Below, one piece after another: positions 1 through 29,784 of a DNA stretch of 64,000 bases. How positions within the stretch are numbered: position 1 is the first letter of the stretch; each line of letters opens with the position of its first letter. The notes under the pieces were generated by a model, which was not told the DNA's origin, made no database searches, and was given only the letters and a program-made list of their open reading frames with translations. Source of the stretch: Hormiphora californensis (taxonomy: Eukaryota > Animalia > Ctenophora); the NCBI GenBank assembly GCA_020137815.1, contig CM035356.1:1798001-1862000 (forward strand), in the 5' to 3' direction. A program made the position numbers and the translations under genes.

Positions 1-1147
1 AATTTGTTGATGGGCATATTTTTGTTTAGCAAATCAGCTCTGTTGTTCATAATCATATTCATATCAACAACATCTATTGACATCTATCTATTGACATATA
101 TGTACATCTATTGACATATATGTACTCACATTATATTCGGTGTTAATGAATTTTCTAGTTATACTTGTTTAGGTAAATATCTCACCCTTTTCAAATTAGG
201 TAAATCACTTTTCAACTATTAATCTGACAATCACAATGAGTTGAGTAATTGTTATTGATTTTGTATTGCTAAGCAATTTGCTTTTTATCTTTTTGAATTT
301 GGTAAAAACTGTTTTTAATTTTGAACAATTTGACTCTGAAAGACGGCTCTGATCGGGGTGGCGGCGGCAGACAGGCTCTAATGAAATGACATGAATTTCG
401 ATGTAGTTGCAAGAACTGTTGTAACCCCTCGCCGAATAATCCCGGAGATCTCAACATGCCACAGATATGGTTACTGTGTGCGCATGTACCGAGTTAGTTT
501 GTTGGCCAAGCCAGTTGGCCATTATTCTCTCTACCCAGTTCATGGTTGCGCAGACCCGGCCATGATATTTCAGCATTGGTAACAAGTTATTTGCGGGCCG
601 AATGCGCCAAAGAGGCTCGCGAGTGTGGGTGTCTTCGCAACACGGCTCTATGGACTGACGCAATATCTGAATGATTGAGAACTGTAACCGCGGGACGAAC
701 TTTTTGGCGTCTCAACCACATCTGAGCGCATGTACCGAGTCAAATTCGGTGGCAGACCGTGCCAAACACTGTGACATCTGGAAACGAGGTGAGATCCAAT
801 GTCAGAACTTTCTATCCATAGCGTAATTGGGTAAACCGGGTCGGGCCGCCAACCAGGGGAACTGTCTCCCCCGTCCTGACAGGGCCATGTCTGACAAACA
901 TGTCTCGCCCACCAGTGTTCGGAGTAAGGGGAAATGGGTCAGCCCAATTCTGACGCCCCCGGTCAAGTTATTGGGTACTTGTATGTAGTTGTAAACTTGT
1001 AAACCCCCGGGAACCAGGTTACACAATGTAGGGTTGGATTGGAAAAGGAAAACAACATTTATTTTGTGTGTACTGAACTGTAAAAGCATAACCACACACA
1101 ATCACACACCAAAGCGACGACGAACAAATACACGCACAAACACTACA

Positions 1148-1284
1148 GTGGGGAAGTTTGGTTTTCTCCTTTTGGCTGGACAAAATGAGTAGACAGGATT
1201 TATCACGACATCCTCAGGTTTTTTGTAGAAAAAACCCGTCCAGTCATTTTCTCTAGCCGGAAGGAGAAAACCAAACTTCCCAAC
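1148..1284. mobile_element. Small hairpin MITE-like inverted repeat (~135 bp)
   Basis: GGGAAGTTTGGTTTTCTCCTT..AAATGA..GAC pairs imperfectly with GTC..TCATTT..AAGGAGAAAACCAAACTTCCC. Confidence 0.55.
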
Positions 1285-2196
1285 TAACTATGCGGCTAAT
1301 AAACAATCAACCGATCCTTTTTCTCAAACACTGACGCACACACTTCCGCTTCGGGGTCAATCCCCGAACCTAATAACCATGGCCAAACATGGCTCATTTT
1401 CTCAACCAATCAACATAAATCATATTGATTGGCTGGGAAAATGAGATATGATAATGATTCATCACTGAACTTTATATTCCACAAAATTAAACTTTTTACA
1501 ATAATAGGAAAAATTAACAAACTAATTGATATAATAATAATTACACTGCATCGGGGGCTTATAATTACAGGGAATTATACATACTGTTATAATCAGATAA
1601 GAATATTACGTTTTTACAGTTAATCATATATGTCATTCTCGATCTCCCTATGTCATGTGTGGGTGAAATTAAGAAACAAATAAAACTTTTACAAAACTTA
1701 AAACTATCTCTCCCTATTTCTCATCTTCCCATGATCAGCATCCATCTGGCGGCGCCATACCCCTGCGCTCAGATGGGGTCTGCGGCGCCAGACAGCGATG
1801 AAGATTGAAGGTTCACTTTCAGCTGGATGCTGAGTAAAACTAAATTACACCTAGTAGTAGCATGATACAGATGGTATGATACAACAACAGCAACATCATT
1901 ATTTAGCCAGAGATTTTTCTACATTACTGCACATTTTACACGTCAAAAATTCCAGTTTTTTAATTTTTCTTCGCCATTTTCAAGTTCACTCCAGTCCTTT
2001 TTTGACGCTACAATTATAAACAATGATCCTATTACACACAGCGCGTAACATTGAGCTGCATTTCTGGCAGTGGGTTAGGGCCTCTTTCTTTTTCCATCTT
2101 CTTCCCAGTTCTCTTCCCACACGGGGATTTTGCAAGAGAGGATATTTCCCACTTGTTTTAGTCTCTGGATCTGTGACTGATCAGATGGGGGCGAGG

Positions 2197-18769
<16,573 letters not shown>

Positions 18770-20897
18770 GCTACTAAATTAAGATATAATTAGGTTCGTA
18801 GTAAATAATTAATTATTTAATTATGTGCGTCATATTTAATTAATTGTGGGATCAGTTTGATTTGGGCTTGTTGTGATGTTGTTTGCCGTTGAGATAAAAA
18901 AGATATACAAATATCGAATTTTCGAACAAAGTTAAGGAACAGAAACAGAACTAAGTTAAATTCAGCTAATTAATTTTAAAAGCAACGTGACGAGGTAACA
19001 ATTGGGTGGGGTCCAATACTGATCCCTCATTGTGGGTGGTCGATAAAGAGACAAAATATAACGAAAAATAGTTCCTTAAATAGGATGCAAAGATTCAAAA
19101 AATAAACGATCAGAATTAAACAAGAATGATTGCTATTGAAATCCAACAAATTATGATGTTGCATTGAAACCAACGGAAATTAAGCACAGCACCAGGAAAC
19201 GTCGAGTGGCAAACTAGGGAAGTACTCATGGTACTGCTGTATGGTAGTATTTGCCGTAGTTTTGTTGTAGTTGTTCAGCAGCTGGACAACTGCAAAACTG
19301 AACTACTCGAGAGAAGAGGGGTAACTCATTCTACAAAGAGAGTGCTAAGTGGAAATTAGAGAAGGGCTAGTGAACTATACGCCCAATTCTAGTACTCCGG
19401 AGTAGCGGCCGCTATTATACCTTAGGTATACCCTTTCTCTGTGTGGTAAGTAATGTACCCACAGCCTGCTATAATTATAACATTTACTGCACGACCCCAT
19501 TTTGATTGGTACAGCTGTGAAGCACCCTCCATCTTTTATACAACTGTTGTCGACATTCAAAGGAGATACCAGAGTCGTAAATTCAGTAACAGCCTTGAAT
19601 GGACGAAGTGTTCTATGTCCAGTGTTTAGTCGGTACAGAGAGAAAGGGGGAATCGGGTTACCAGAAAATGAGGCTGATCTATTCTTCACCTTTCTTCACC
19701 TTCTGCTCTTGAATCTCACTACTCCGCCTTACTAAAATATCGTTTAGTCGATGCCTATAAAATAGGAAGTTACACTTAGGCCAAAAATAAAAAAGCGACA
19801 TAAATTTGGTCAGAAAGTTATTAGGTAGTCAGTAAGGATCAGATGTCAGTTAGGTGTAGAAATGATGACAAAGATGCCAACAAAAACCGCATTCGTTCGA
19901 TTACAAGAGCTAAACATCATGGTAGAGATAATTGGGCTAACAAGATAATACGCAAATAGCGATAGAGATTAGAGATAGAGAGAGAGAGAGAGCGAGAGAA
20001 CTGAAGGCGGAAGGAAAGAAATATGATAGGTAAAATGGATAGAAATAAAAGAAGAAATAGTAGATCTTGAGCCTATATATATTTTGTTATCTATAACATA
20101 CGATCTTTATACATATATCTGCTCAATAATTCCAACCACGGTCCACGATCCGTGTCTACCTGGGTAGTACCTAATTGTTATGTTCTTACCCTCTGACGCG
20201 TGGTGAGAGAGGGTTGAACAAGGAAATAACTAGAGACAACGGCCGATCTTGGGAGAGAGGAGAAAGAAAGGAAGAGCAACTAAAAGGGGAAGAAAAAGCA
20301 AACGCATGTCATGTACAAATGTTATGCTCTTTACCCTTTCTGATCTTTCTCTCTTTTTGATTTTTTCTTTCTCCCTCTCTCACTCTCTCTTTCCCTCTCA
20401 CTCTCTCTATCTCTATATATGATATATCTCTCTCCATAACCCCCCCTCTCTTCCCCCCTTTCTCTCCCTACAATCCCTAAATCACTGTTTAACCATCCTC
20501 CTCTCCCTGTCTCGAAACTCATTATATGTCCTAATCTCAATCAGCAATATGTCATGTCTCTCCGGCGCTCTTTGAATTGGAATCCAATTTGGATTGCATT
20601 AAATAATATCTGCATTTCTGAACATGTTAGCCCATAATGAGACGGTATTTTTTACAACACCCCCTCCTCTTTATGATTGTATCTCACAGAGATCGATATA
20701 TCCATCAAACACAACCAACATGATCACCTACAAGCCTCTCCCTTCGACTATATAAAACCGTTACAAAGCTGCTAAATGCAAGTATCGGTCTTGCTCCCTG
20801 TCTTTTTCCTTTTCTCTCGCTATCTCTATCACTTTGTTTTATCTCTCTCTCTCTCCCATCAATGAATGATATCTCTCTCTCCCAACAACCCATGCAC

Positions 20898-22231
20898 GGG
20901 GGGGGGGGGGGGCCGCGTATTAAAATGTCCTTTAATGTCCCTCGATTTTTGGGACATTAAATTGTCCGGGGTAATTTGGGACATTAAAAGACATTAAAGG
21001 ACATTTAAAGACATTAAAAGACATTAAATTATAACTTCCAAAAGCCATTTCAAAATGTGTTACCAAACATATCTACCACCAATGTACTACTAAAGGTCCC
21101 ATCTTTCGATTCCAATGAATGTTTATTAGTTTTCAGTGGTGATTAGGCTTGCTTTTGTGTGGGCTGTGGGTGCGGTGCCTCTTTTACATGTGCATAATTC
21201 TAGCCTAGACGATATCTCAAAATCATCTTATGAAACGAGTAGAGAATAGCCCCGATTTTGTCAAAATAGTGTTTGGTGTCTAATTAGAAGTCAAAAAAGT
21301 TTTAGTGCTCAAACCCAAAATTTACGATATTTAGGTTTTTTAGGTTTTTTGGCGTTTATGGGTTTCAGGAACGTCCTAGAACAAAATGAATAAAACCAAC
21401 TTTCTCGGCATGAAATTCTGCATCGATTATAGTGGCTATAAACCTTTCTATGGCGTAAGGTTAAGAAGTTATCCCAAAAAATCCCAAACGGGTACATGTT
21501 ATAGGGGCGGGTACATGTTTTAGGCTACCGGGCGAACCTCTTGTCAGAAAACCATGTTATAGGTACTCAATCGACGTGTATTGATGATGCGGAAATCATT
21601 TTAGTGAAAACCATTTTGATCAGCGATGTCTGTGTAACGAATAAAACCTAAAAAACCTTACCACATGTTTTAACCAAAGGTTTTTACCTTACGTCATAGA
21701 CAGGTTTATAGCCACTATAATCGATGCAGAATTTCACGCCGAGAAAGATGGTTCTGTTTATTTTGTTCTAGGACGTTCCTGAAACCCATAAAAGCAAAAA
21801 AACCTAAAAATCCTAGAAAAACCTAAATTTAGCATTTAAAAATTTTTTGACTTCTAATTAGACACCAAAGACCATTCTGACTGAGTTTCATCAAAATCGG
21901 GGCTATTTTTACTTGAAAACCTTGAAATTTAGTCCAAAACTTCAAAATTTCCGGGGTTCGCTTCGAGGTACCGGGCCACCCTAAAATGATGCGTAATCAC
22001 CCCCAACATCTATGGTATTGGTTGGAATCGATAGAGGGGACATTAGGAGTAAATATTAAGTGGTTGAAAACGCCATTTTAGTTTAATAATAGTTGAAAAT
22101 TCATGTTTTAATTAAATGTCTTTTAATGTCTTTTAATGTCTTTTAATGTCCTTTAATGTCCCAGGGACATTAAAGTCGGACGTGTTTATTTAGGACATGG
22201 ATATTAAATTCACGCGGCCCCCCCCCCCCCC
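20898..22231. mobile_element. Foldback element with G-run termini and 10-bp (GACATTAAAA) subterminal arrays
   Basis: G15-CCGCG ... CGCGG-C14; internal inverted arms (21246-21460 vs ~21680-21908); flanks CCCATGCAC / CCCCTGCAC. Confidence 0.85.
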
Positions 22232-22424
22232 TGCACTATATTACGAGCAACTATATGTCGAGTAACTCTCGATCTCCCTTTAAATGTATGGTGAATGGTG
22301 ATAGACAGCATTCATTTCCTTGTAATCTTTCTTAAAATCTTTTTATTTATCACTAAGTTAACAAAATAAACAAATTTGTCCCGTGACCATATTATCATAT
22401 ACAGTCGGACCCGGATTCACCGGG

Positions 22425-22778
22425 ATCTGATAGGAAATCTCAAGTTAGCCCTAACCACAACCTCAGCCCTAACCACAACCTGAGGCCTGACCCTATCCAT
22501 AAAACCATGATTGCGGTCTGCGGACACTCAAAACACAAGAAATCCAGATTTTTAATTTTATCTTTCCTCGCGTCGCCATCAGGGCGCCGTTACGATCTGG
22601 GTGTTTGCTGGCCTGTTTACAGATGCTCACTACCAAAAAAGTACCCTGCACTAAAATGACTCTAACCACCAAACCACTCAACCGTTTTGGCTAGTCCAAA
22701 GTTTATCTGATAGGAAATGTCAAGCCCTAGCCCCAAACCGAACCCCAGCCCTAACCCTACTTTAGCCCTAACCCTAAA
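22425..22778. repeat. Degenerate interstitial (CCCTAA)-like repeats, each block preceded by the direct repeat ATCTGATAGGAAAT[C/G]TCAAG
   Basis: CCCTAACC-like units at 22448-22480 and 22724-22778; direct repeats at 22425 and 22705. Confidence 0.6.
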
Positions 22779-23663
22779 ATGCGTGAGTGCTGACACTCTA
22801 AACGCCCAAATTTTTTTGACCAACGTTAAAAATATGTATAAAATATGACCCTTTCATTGCGCGCCGCGCAAGTGTTTTAGAACGCGCAAAACAAAAATTT
22901 ACGCCGCGCCCACGCGCGTCCTGTCATGTTGTTTAAAAAAATAAAATAAAAATAAAAAGTTCCACTCACTTTTCAATTTTAATTTTTGATTTTTCAGAAA
23001 GCGCCCACGTTGTTCATTTTTGACTTTTGTGCATCGTTTTTAACAGCCCCACGGACCACCCCATCTACCGTATTTTGTACTCAGAAAATTGAGTATTGTT
23101 TTATAGATTTGATAATGATAATAAAGTCGGATTTTTTGTTTTCACCCTGCCAGCTCGCAGTGATGATGATGATGACGCATGTGTGTATCTTTCGTATTCC
23201 GTTAGTATCTCTTCCGCTTTCTATCTTTATCATTTTTCTCTCTCCTTCCCTATCTTTCTATCTTTATCCCTCTTTTTCTCTCTCTCCCCCCCCCCCATTT
23301 ACGTCACGGATATTCACGTGTTCCTGTTACTCTGGTCTGTGTAGGATACAAGATGAGTCCACTTGTAGAGTGATTCTAACATTTTGTAATAATCTGCTTC
23401 AGTTCGCTTGGCTGATTTTTGGCAGTGTTTTAGTGGGACTCATTTATTTTGTAAATTAAGTGTACTGCTGAATTTTCAGTTTTAATGGGCCGTAAAGGTG
23501 TTACATATAAAGACTCGTATCACCGTAGCTGAAATTAATAAACACGGATTAGAATATTCTAGGATTGACAATCAAAAGTAACTACTGTTAAATAATTATC
23601 TTCAATCTTCAAAATAGTTTGACTAATCATGTCGAGACATCCACATAAACAAACGCTTCAGCC

Positions 23664-24356
23664 GGGGGGGTTCCCATGGTATACTTTGGTATACTTTGGC
23701 ACATTCCACAACTTTTTCAGCGATTTTCCATATACCAAAGTATACCAAAGTATACCAAAGTATACCAAGGTATACCAAAGTATACCATAAAAATTTTGAA
23801 AAAGGTAAAATTCAAGCGATAAGTTAACATAAATGACTAAATTTGTAAAACTACATCCTTATTTCTTTATAAGTTGGTAATATAACGCTTATTAAACCGA
23901 TTTTTACGTTTTTGTTACATCATCCGGCTAGTGCTTCTAGGCTTGCCACTCGGGTTCGATTCCCGGTGAAGGCAATTTTTGAAAAATTTTTGGAGACTTT
24001 ACCAAATACTATTTGAACATTTTCTTGACTTTTTAAAAGTTTTTTATCATACTCAAATGGGTCCCAATTTGTCAAACCCCAGTTTTCTGACTCACCATTT
24101 TATAGGCAAAATATTTTTCCGCGATTCTATGAATTTAGTCTATTTAGCACCAATGTCCAATTTTATGAGTTAAGAGAGTTTATACACAATGTTTTAAAGC
24201 CTTAACTGTTGTAAATTAACACTTTAAAGTACGTAAAACTATTAAAAAGATATGGTATACTTTGGTATACTTTGGTACTTTCCACATAATTTTTTGGGAT
24301 TTTCCATATACCAAAGTATACCAAAGTATACCAAAGTATACCATGGGAACCCCCCC
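23664..24356. mobile_element. Foldback MITE with G7 termini, 10-bp (TATACCAAAG) arrays and 8-bp TSD
   Basis: CTTCAGCC|GGGGGGGTTCCCATGGTATACTTTGG ... CCAAAGTATACCATGGGAACCCCCCC|CTTCAGCC. Confidence 0.9.
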
Positions 24357-24596
24357 CTTCAGCCTCTCTGAACTCATCCGGGTAAGAGAGTCTATTAAAC
24401 TTTCCGACCTACCCCCCTAATCCAATAGCTTCACACTTCCTGTCATTCGCCCGCCCGATTTCGAAAGTCAGAACAGTATTGAATTATTCCAACCTCGCCG
24501 GGTCCTGTCTGGCGGCATCGACCCGATCTGAGCACACTGTTGCAAAATCAAAACCGAGCTTCCCAGTAAATCGGGGTGCGAATGCTGCACTATATT

Positions 24597-26380
24597 CTAC
24601 AAATCCTCCGCACCCAAGGGAGTGTTATCCTGCGGTAAAATCTTGTTACCATGGTATTGGTTGCCAAGACGCCTCCGTTGCTTCACTTCTTCGGGTGAAC
24701 TTGCGATTGGCTGCCCCAGGGTCTCCGGCAGGAGATAAGACAACACTGCCCCAACCAAACATAGACCAACCATGATTGAAAATGAGACGACGAAGCCCCC
24801 GGTAGCATCCACCAAGCTGCCGAACAGAAACGGGCATGCCATACTAAAGATCTTGGCCGAGGAGGAGCAAAGACCAATAACGGTTCCAGTGTGGGTACAG
24901 GGCGGTAGCTCTATATTCCATAAGCATATGCCCGTGTAGATACCACAGATAAAGAACTGTGCCAAAATGCTCGTAATGCTGGCGACTGTCCATCCTTTGT
25001 TTCCCAGTTGGGCAGTGCTTGTTGCTCCTCCAATGGCGAGGAGCAAGGCAGCAATGACGAAAGACCATGCCATGTATCGCCGTCTACCTAAAGCCCTCAT
25101 TGCAGGCACGAATGCGATATTTGCAGCAGTTTGGACCGCCATTGAAAAGAAATACCCACTTGAAGCGACGGGAACGATCTTATCCCACGCATAGTTGATC
25201 CCATAATAACATAACTGGATAACCCACCACAAGAATATCTGAGCAAGAGTTTCTAGGAACAGGATTTTATGTAAAAGAAAAGTTAACAATTGATCTTTAA
25301 TACTAACTTCCTCTTGCTCGTTTTCCAATACCCTCCTTTGACTACTGTCAGGATCACTGTCGAACCCCTTCCACTCTGTCTTGTTAATTTGTGCAATCCT
25401 CCGAAAAGAAGCTTCAGCCTGGGCCACCTTCCCCCTGATTATGTCAGACCGAGGGGACTCAGGCAGGAATACGAGGGGTAGGTTGAATATCAAATAATAG
25501 ATGATTGTCGTGTAGTAGGATTTTCTCCAGTCAGAAACGAGACTCGTGGCAACAAGTGGCACTGTGCCAACCGACAGCATTATCATACCTATGGCCATTG
25601 TGGCTTCTCTAAACCTGAAAATAAAAAATTCATTGGTTCGTAGGGATACTCAAAAGATACTCCTTGGGTAAAACTAAATTTCAGTTTATTAGTTACCTTG
25701 AGGGAATCAGGTCGGAGGCGAGGACATATGGGCCATTGAGCGCCAGATAAGTCCCAAAGCCCTGGCCATATCTTACTGTCATTAGTAGCGGGTAACCATT
25801 GCAAAACACTCCTCCAAAACTCGATAATAAAACAACAGCGCTCCCACAAAGCACAGTCTTCTTGGCCCCGACCAAGTCAAACATCAATCCTCCCAAGAAA
25901 ACACCTAACAGTCCTCCAACCATGGGCATGGACGCCACGGTGTCCTTGATTAGGGGAGATGCACAGGTGAGGTTGAAGTCCAAGATGTAGGATGTGCGAT
26001 GTGAATGGGGTACCCAGTAGAAATCAATGTCTTGTTCCCAGTCGGGCACATCACACGGAGATTCAATGGAATCCTGTAAAGACTAATGTTAGTTTTTTAC
26101 TTTTTAGCCACTAAAAGAATTCGTTAGTTTTTTAGCCACTGAAGGAATCAATTTTCGTGAGAAATTGATTTTCGCGAGAAATTGATTTTCGCGATTTGGC
26201 CTAGACTATTAACGTTGAAAGGGGCGAAAAGAACCGCCCGGCGAAGCCGGGTGGGTTATCAAAAAGCCCTTACTTGAGGTGCACCCAACGGGTGCGCTAG
26301 TTATGTAAAATGTTTCAAATTATTTACCTTGATATTTTGACACTCCAGAGATAAGCATTTCCAATCAGTGGGGCTTTCTC
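24597..26380 (-). CDS. SLC22/organic cation transporter-like MFS protein (5' end uncertain)
   Basis: Exons 26380-26328, 26073-25697 and 25614-24597 splice in frame. Motifs: YILDFNLTC, FDLVGAKK, SDLIPSRFR, LPESPR, ALGRR, IELPP, LPETLG; many TM segments. A candidate upstream exon ending at 26612 has an in-frame stop just 5' of GSSWQVARVPL. Confidence 0.85.
26237..26300 (+). mobile_element. Helitron-like 3' terminus in SLC22 intron
   Basis: Hairpins CCCGGC-GAA-GCCGGG and GCACCC-AAC-GGGTGC followed by CTAG|T; 5' end not identified. Confidence 0.5.
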
Positions 26381-27136
26381 CTGTAATTAGAATTACTGCT
26401 GTTAGAATCCCAACGTCCAGGTATAATTAATGGGTTTGTTCTAATCCTCCGTTAGGTTTGTAGAATGGAGGGCGAGGTGAGACAGGACCGAGCAAGGCAA
26501 GAACTGGTGCAGAAAGTCAGAGAAAACGGAAGAAATTGTTTCCTCTCAGCTTACTATACATCATACTATTATTAAAGCAAATAGGGAAATGATGGGTGAT
26601 GGTATTTTTACCAAATATGGCACAAAATTCCTGGAAATGGCCTTTTGCACGTGTTGTCCCTAGAGGGACCCTGGCAACCTGCCAGCTTGAGCCTTAAACT
26701 GCACGTGCATCCTTGATTCATCTCTCTGCCGGTTGTGTGATTGATCGTTTGCTCGATTTGATCTGTTCACCCCCTGTTCACCACGTTTCGTGAACATGGC
26801 TACTCAACTTCAACACAATCGCCAGCGAGTTTGGAGGAGCCATATGTCCCAAACTGGCGCTGACGCCTATAGACTACGTGATAGAATCCTACAAAAGAGG
26901 TGATTATTATTCAAAAAATGTTGTCAACACACGTAATAACAAAGTATCAATAGCACTAATAAGAAATGGCAGTAATACGTTTGCAAATGTGCTCCTTCAT
27001 AAAATACTTCAGGACCTGGCAAAAGAGGACCCGTGGTTTTTCTGTCGAAGGAATCGCTGTGGTTAATTTACCTGATAAATTTACTGATTTAAAAAAATTT
27101 CAAATGACACTACACTATTTGCTTAGTTTACTGTAT

Positions 27137-27193
27137 GACCATTGACCATTGACCATCCCCGACATTCGCCCGTAGGGCGAGCGGGCTTACTAG
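27137..27193 (+). mobile_element. Helitron-like 3' terminus
   Basis: (TGACCAT)3, then hairpin TCGCCC-GTA-GGGCGA, 9 nt, then CTAG|T. Confidence 0.5.
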
Positions 27194-27885
27194 TACCTAT
27201 AAACGAGACCGAGAAAAGAACAACGAACTCAAGCAGCTCAGGTAAAAAGGAAGACAGAGCGAACAAAAGCCACGTTGGTCTCACGCTCACGCAGACCTCT
27301 TCGAGTGCTGTGGCAGCTAGACTTGGCATCAGCAGTCACCTGGGAAACCAAATCTAAATGGAAGGTTGGATGTTCCCAATATAATAGGGGCTTACAGGAT
27401 AGTCATATCGTCTCATGGATAATCGTGCGCAATTATACTCACTTGCTCGGTTCCACTTAAGATATTTTTCCAGGCCAATTGCTAGATTAAAACACATTTT
27501 ACTCACACCAAATAGGAAAAAGGATACTAGGCAATGAATTAATGTTAATTGTTAAGATATATCAGAGTGGTCAGCGCTGATCTTTGTGGATGCTCATATG
27601 ATTATGTAGAAGTCCATGATCTTGGAGTTCTATATTAACATGTACTATAACTGTTTACAGTGAACTTGGGAATTGTCGCCCAAATTATGTGATTCAGATA
27701 AAAGAGAAAGCGAAAATTATAGTGGCGAGAAAATGAACATGCAGCTGATCGGATCTGCAGAAGAATATTGTGGAATATATGGGACTCCAGTTTAAAATTT
27801 TAAGTCTCTATCTCATATATGAGATTGCATAGTACATACATGGTAGAGAAAATGAATGCTATAGATGATCCTGGAGATATTTTAA

Positions 27886-28180
27886 CACGAGCTCGAGTGC
27901 TACCAGAAACCACCACTTGTACGTGGTAGGTGAGGGTCTACATTAACATGTACTACAACTGTTTACTGTGAACATGGGACTTGTCACCCAAATTATGTGT
28001 ATTTACAGCACTCGACTCATACAGTTCACTGTCATCCCCAATAAATAGTTTTACGTTGTAGTTGATGAAAGTTTGAATATAATTCTGCTACAGTTTGGGA
28101 ATAACGAGTTTATAGCGTAAATGATCTTACGTACAAGACGTACAAGACGTGGTGGTTTCTGGTAGCACTCAAGTTCGTGA
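27886..28180. mobile_element. MITE-like element with ~35-bp inverted termini
   Basis: CACGAGCTCGAGTGCTACCAGAAACCACCAC ... GTGGTGGTTTCTGGTAGCACTCAAGTTCGTG. Its interior ~27942-27999 duplicates ~27634-27691. Confidence 0.6.
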
Positions 28181-28819
28181 TAACAAGAATCATTGCATTA
28201 TGTTTCATAATGCTGTGTTTCCCTGCCCTCCCGTTTCACGTGTCACTGTCAACACTAACTGACAACAGTATCAAGGCTTGGTCATAATGTAATGTGAGAT
28301 GCATACGATCTAGCTGTCAGTATACTTACTCACATGACACTTGCTAACCAGCTTTTGACATTCCAACTTAACTACTTATCTAACCTCTCACACTCGACTC
28401 GCAAGATGACAATGTGTATGTAACACGCGAAACACGCGGCAGCGCTATTCATGTTTTGTTGAGTGGCGCGCGCATACACGTCCATCAAACTGTGTCATTG
28501 TAAGTTTTGATAAAGGAGTACCTTGTTGTTGTGTGCGCGGCTCAGTTGCTACGCTGAGTACACTGGGTGGTACCGGGTTGCCCCTCGCAACGAAAGTGTG
28601 ACCAAAACGGTCCCTCTACCGATTAGTTAGTATATCAAAATGTCGTTTTCGAATTCTAACCCTGCTATGCCTTTTTACAAAGTAAAAAGGCATCCGGGTG
28701 GATGCCTTCGGCATCCACCCGGGCAGGGAAAAAATCATACTGAAATACGGTATATATCACCCCGATATAACGGACACCCCGATTTACTGTAAAACCCCTT
28801 TCCACCAAGCGGCTGTACC

Positions 28820-29285
28820 GGGGGGGTTCAGGATTAAGTGGTCGGACGTATATGCCTAAAAATTACTTAAGTGGTCAAAATCCAAAAGGACCCCCCCACC
28901 CCCTAAAATTGACCACTTAATCAGGTTTTTTTAGTGGTCAAACCCCAAATAGACCCCTAAACCCCCAAAATTTACCGAAAAACTAGCTTTTTTGCCCAAA
29001 AAATGGCAAAATTTAGGCTGTTTTCTGGGAACAAAACCAAAAAATTTCCAGAAAAAATTTTCGCGCGCGAGAAAATTGAAATTTGAATTTTGAAAATTGA
29101 AAATGTTTCAGGTCCACCTCGAATAATCTCAATTTTTACCGAAAATTGACCAAATTTGGCCGAAAATTGACCAAATTTGGCCAAAAAATGACCATTTAGC
29201 GAAAAACACTAAGTGGCAATTTTGAAAAAACACCCACCCCCTTAAGTGGCATATACGTCCGAACCATTTATCCTGAACCCCCCCC
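28820..29285. mobile_element. Foldback MITE with G-run termini and ~9-bp TSD
   Basis: GGCTGTACC|GGGGGGGTTCAGGAT..TCGGACGTATATGCC ... GGCATATACGTCCGA..ATCCTGAACCCCCCCC|GGCTGTACT; repeated TAAGTGG motifs near both ends. Confidence 0.85.
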
Positions 29286-29339
29286 GGCTGTACTACAAGA
29301 ACTTGGCTGGTTTTCTAGATGGTTGTTCTAAACTAACAT

Positions 29340-29784
29340 AACAGGGGAAATGACAACCCTTCGAGTGAAGGGGTTGTTTCTTGTCCCGGGACGGTTCTCG
29401 GTGAAGACCCTTTTCTGTTTGGATTCCAGGACCTCGCCAGCGACTGTGTGAGGTGTTGGCGGAGAGAGCTCGGTCACGATAGTGTAAGATCCTTTGGTTT
29501 TAGTCGCTGTACTTGGAGCTTTGTCCATCGTTATGGTGTATGAAATGTTAAGCGACTACTTTATACATAAATCATTTAACACGGCATCAACTACCTGGAA
29601 TACTAAGCTGGTTTTTCCCGCCATCACCATTTCTAGTACAAACTTCATCAACTACACAGCCTTGGAACCGGTAAAACTTGGAGATACAGAGCAGTTCAAG
29701 TGTATTGTGACACAGATCTAAAAACGGGTTGTTCACGGCTGGAATCCTAGTAACCTCAAAACACTGAATAGTGAATTCGTACAA
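29340..29784 (+). pseudogene. DEG/ENaC (ASIC-like) channel first-exon remnant
   Basis: TM1-like LVLVAVLGALSIVMVYEMLSDYF, then LVFPAITISSTN (family motif FPAVTICN.N, Cys lost). Upstream KILWF lies in another frame; in-frame stops at ~29485 and 29719; GTGAGT donor at 29785; no downstream exons recognised. Confidence 0.65.

Noticed and set aside
391-1101. Short ORFs and a repeated GCGCATGTACCGAGT (480, 726)
   Set aside because: No recognisable protein motifs or definable ends; probably an old repeat fragment.
22425-22778. True telomere or chromosome fusion site
   Set aside because: Short, degenerate, single orientation and embedded in dispersed-repeat sequence.
23924-23974. Functional tRNA gene
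   Set aside because: Only a T-arm is recognisable; no complete cloverleaf.
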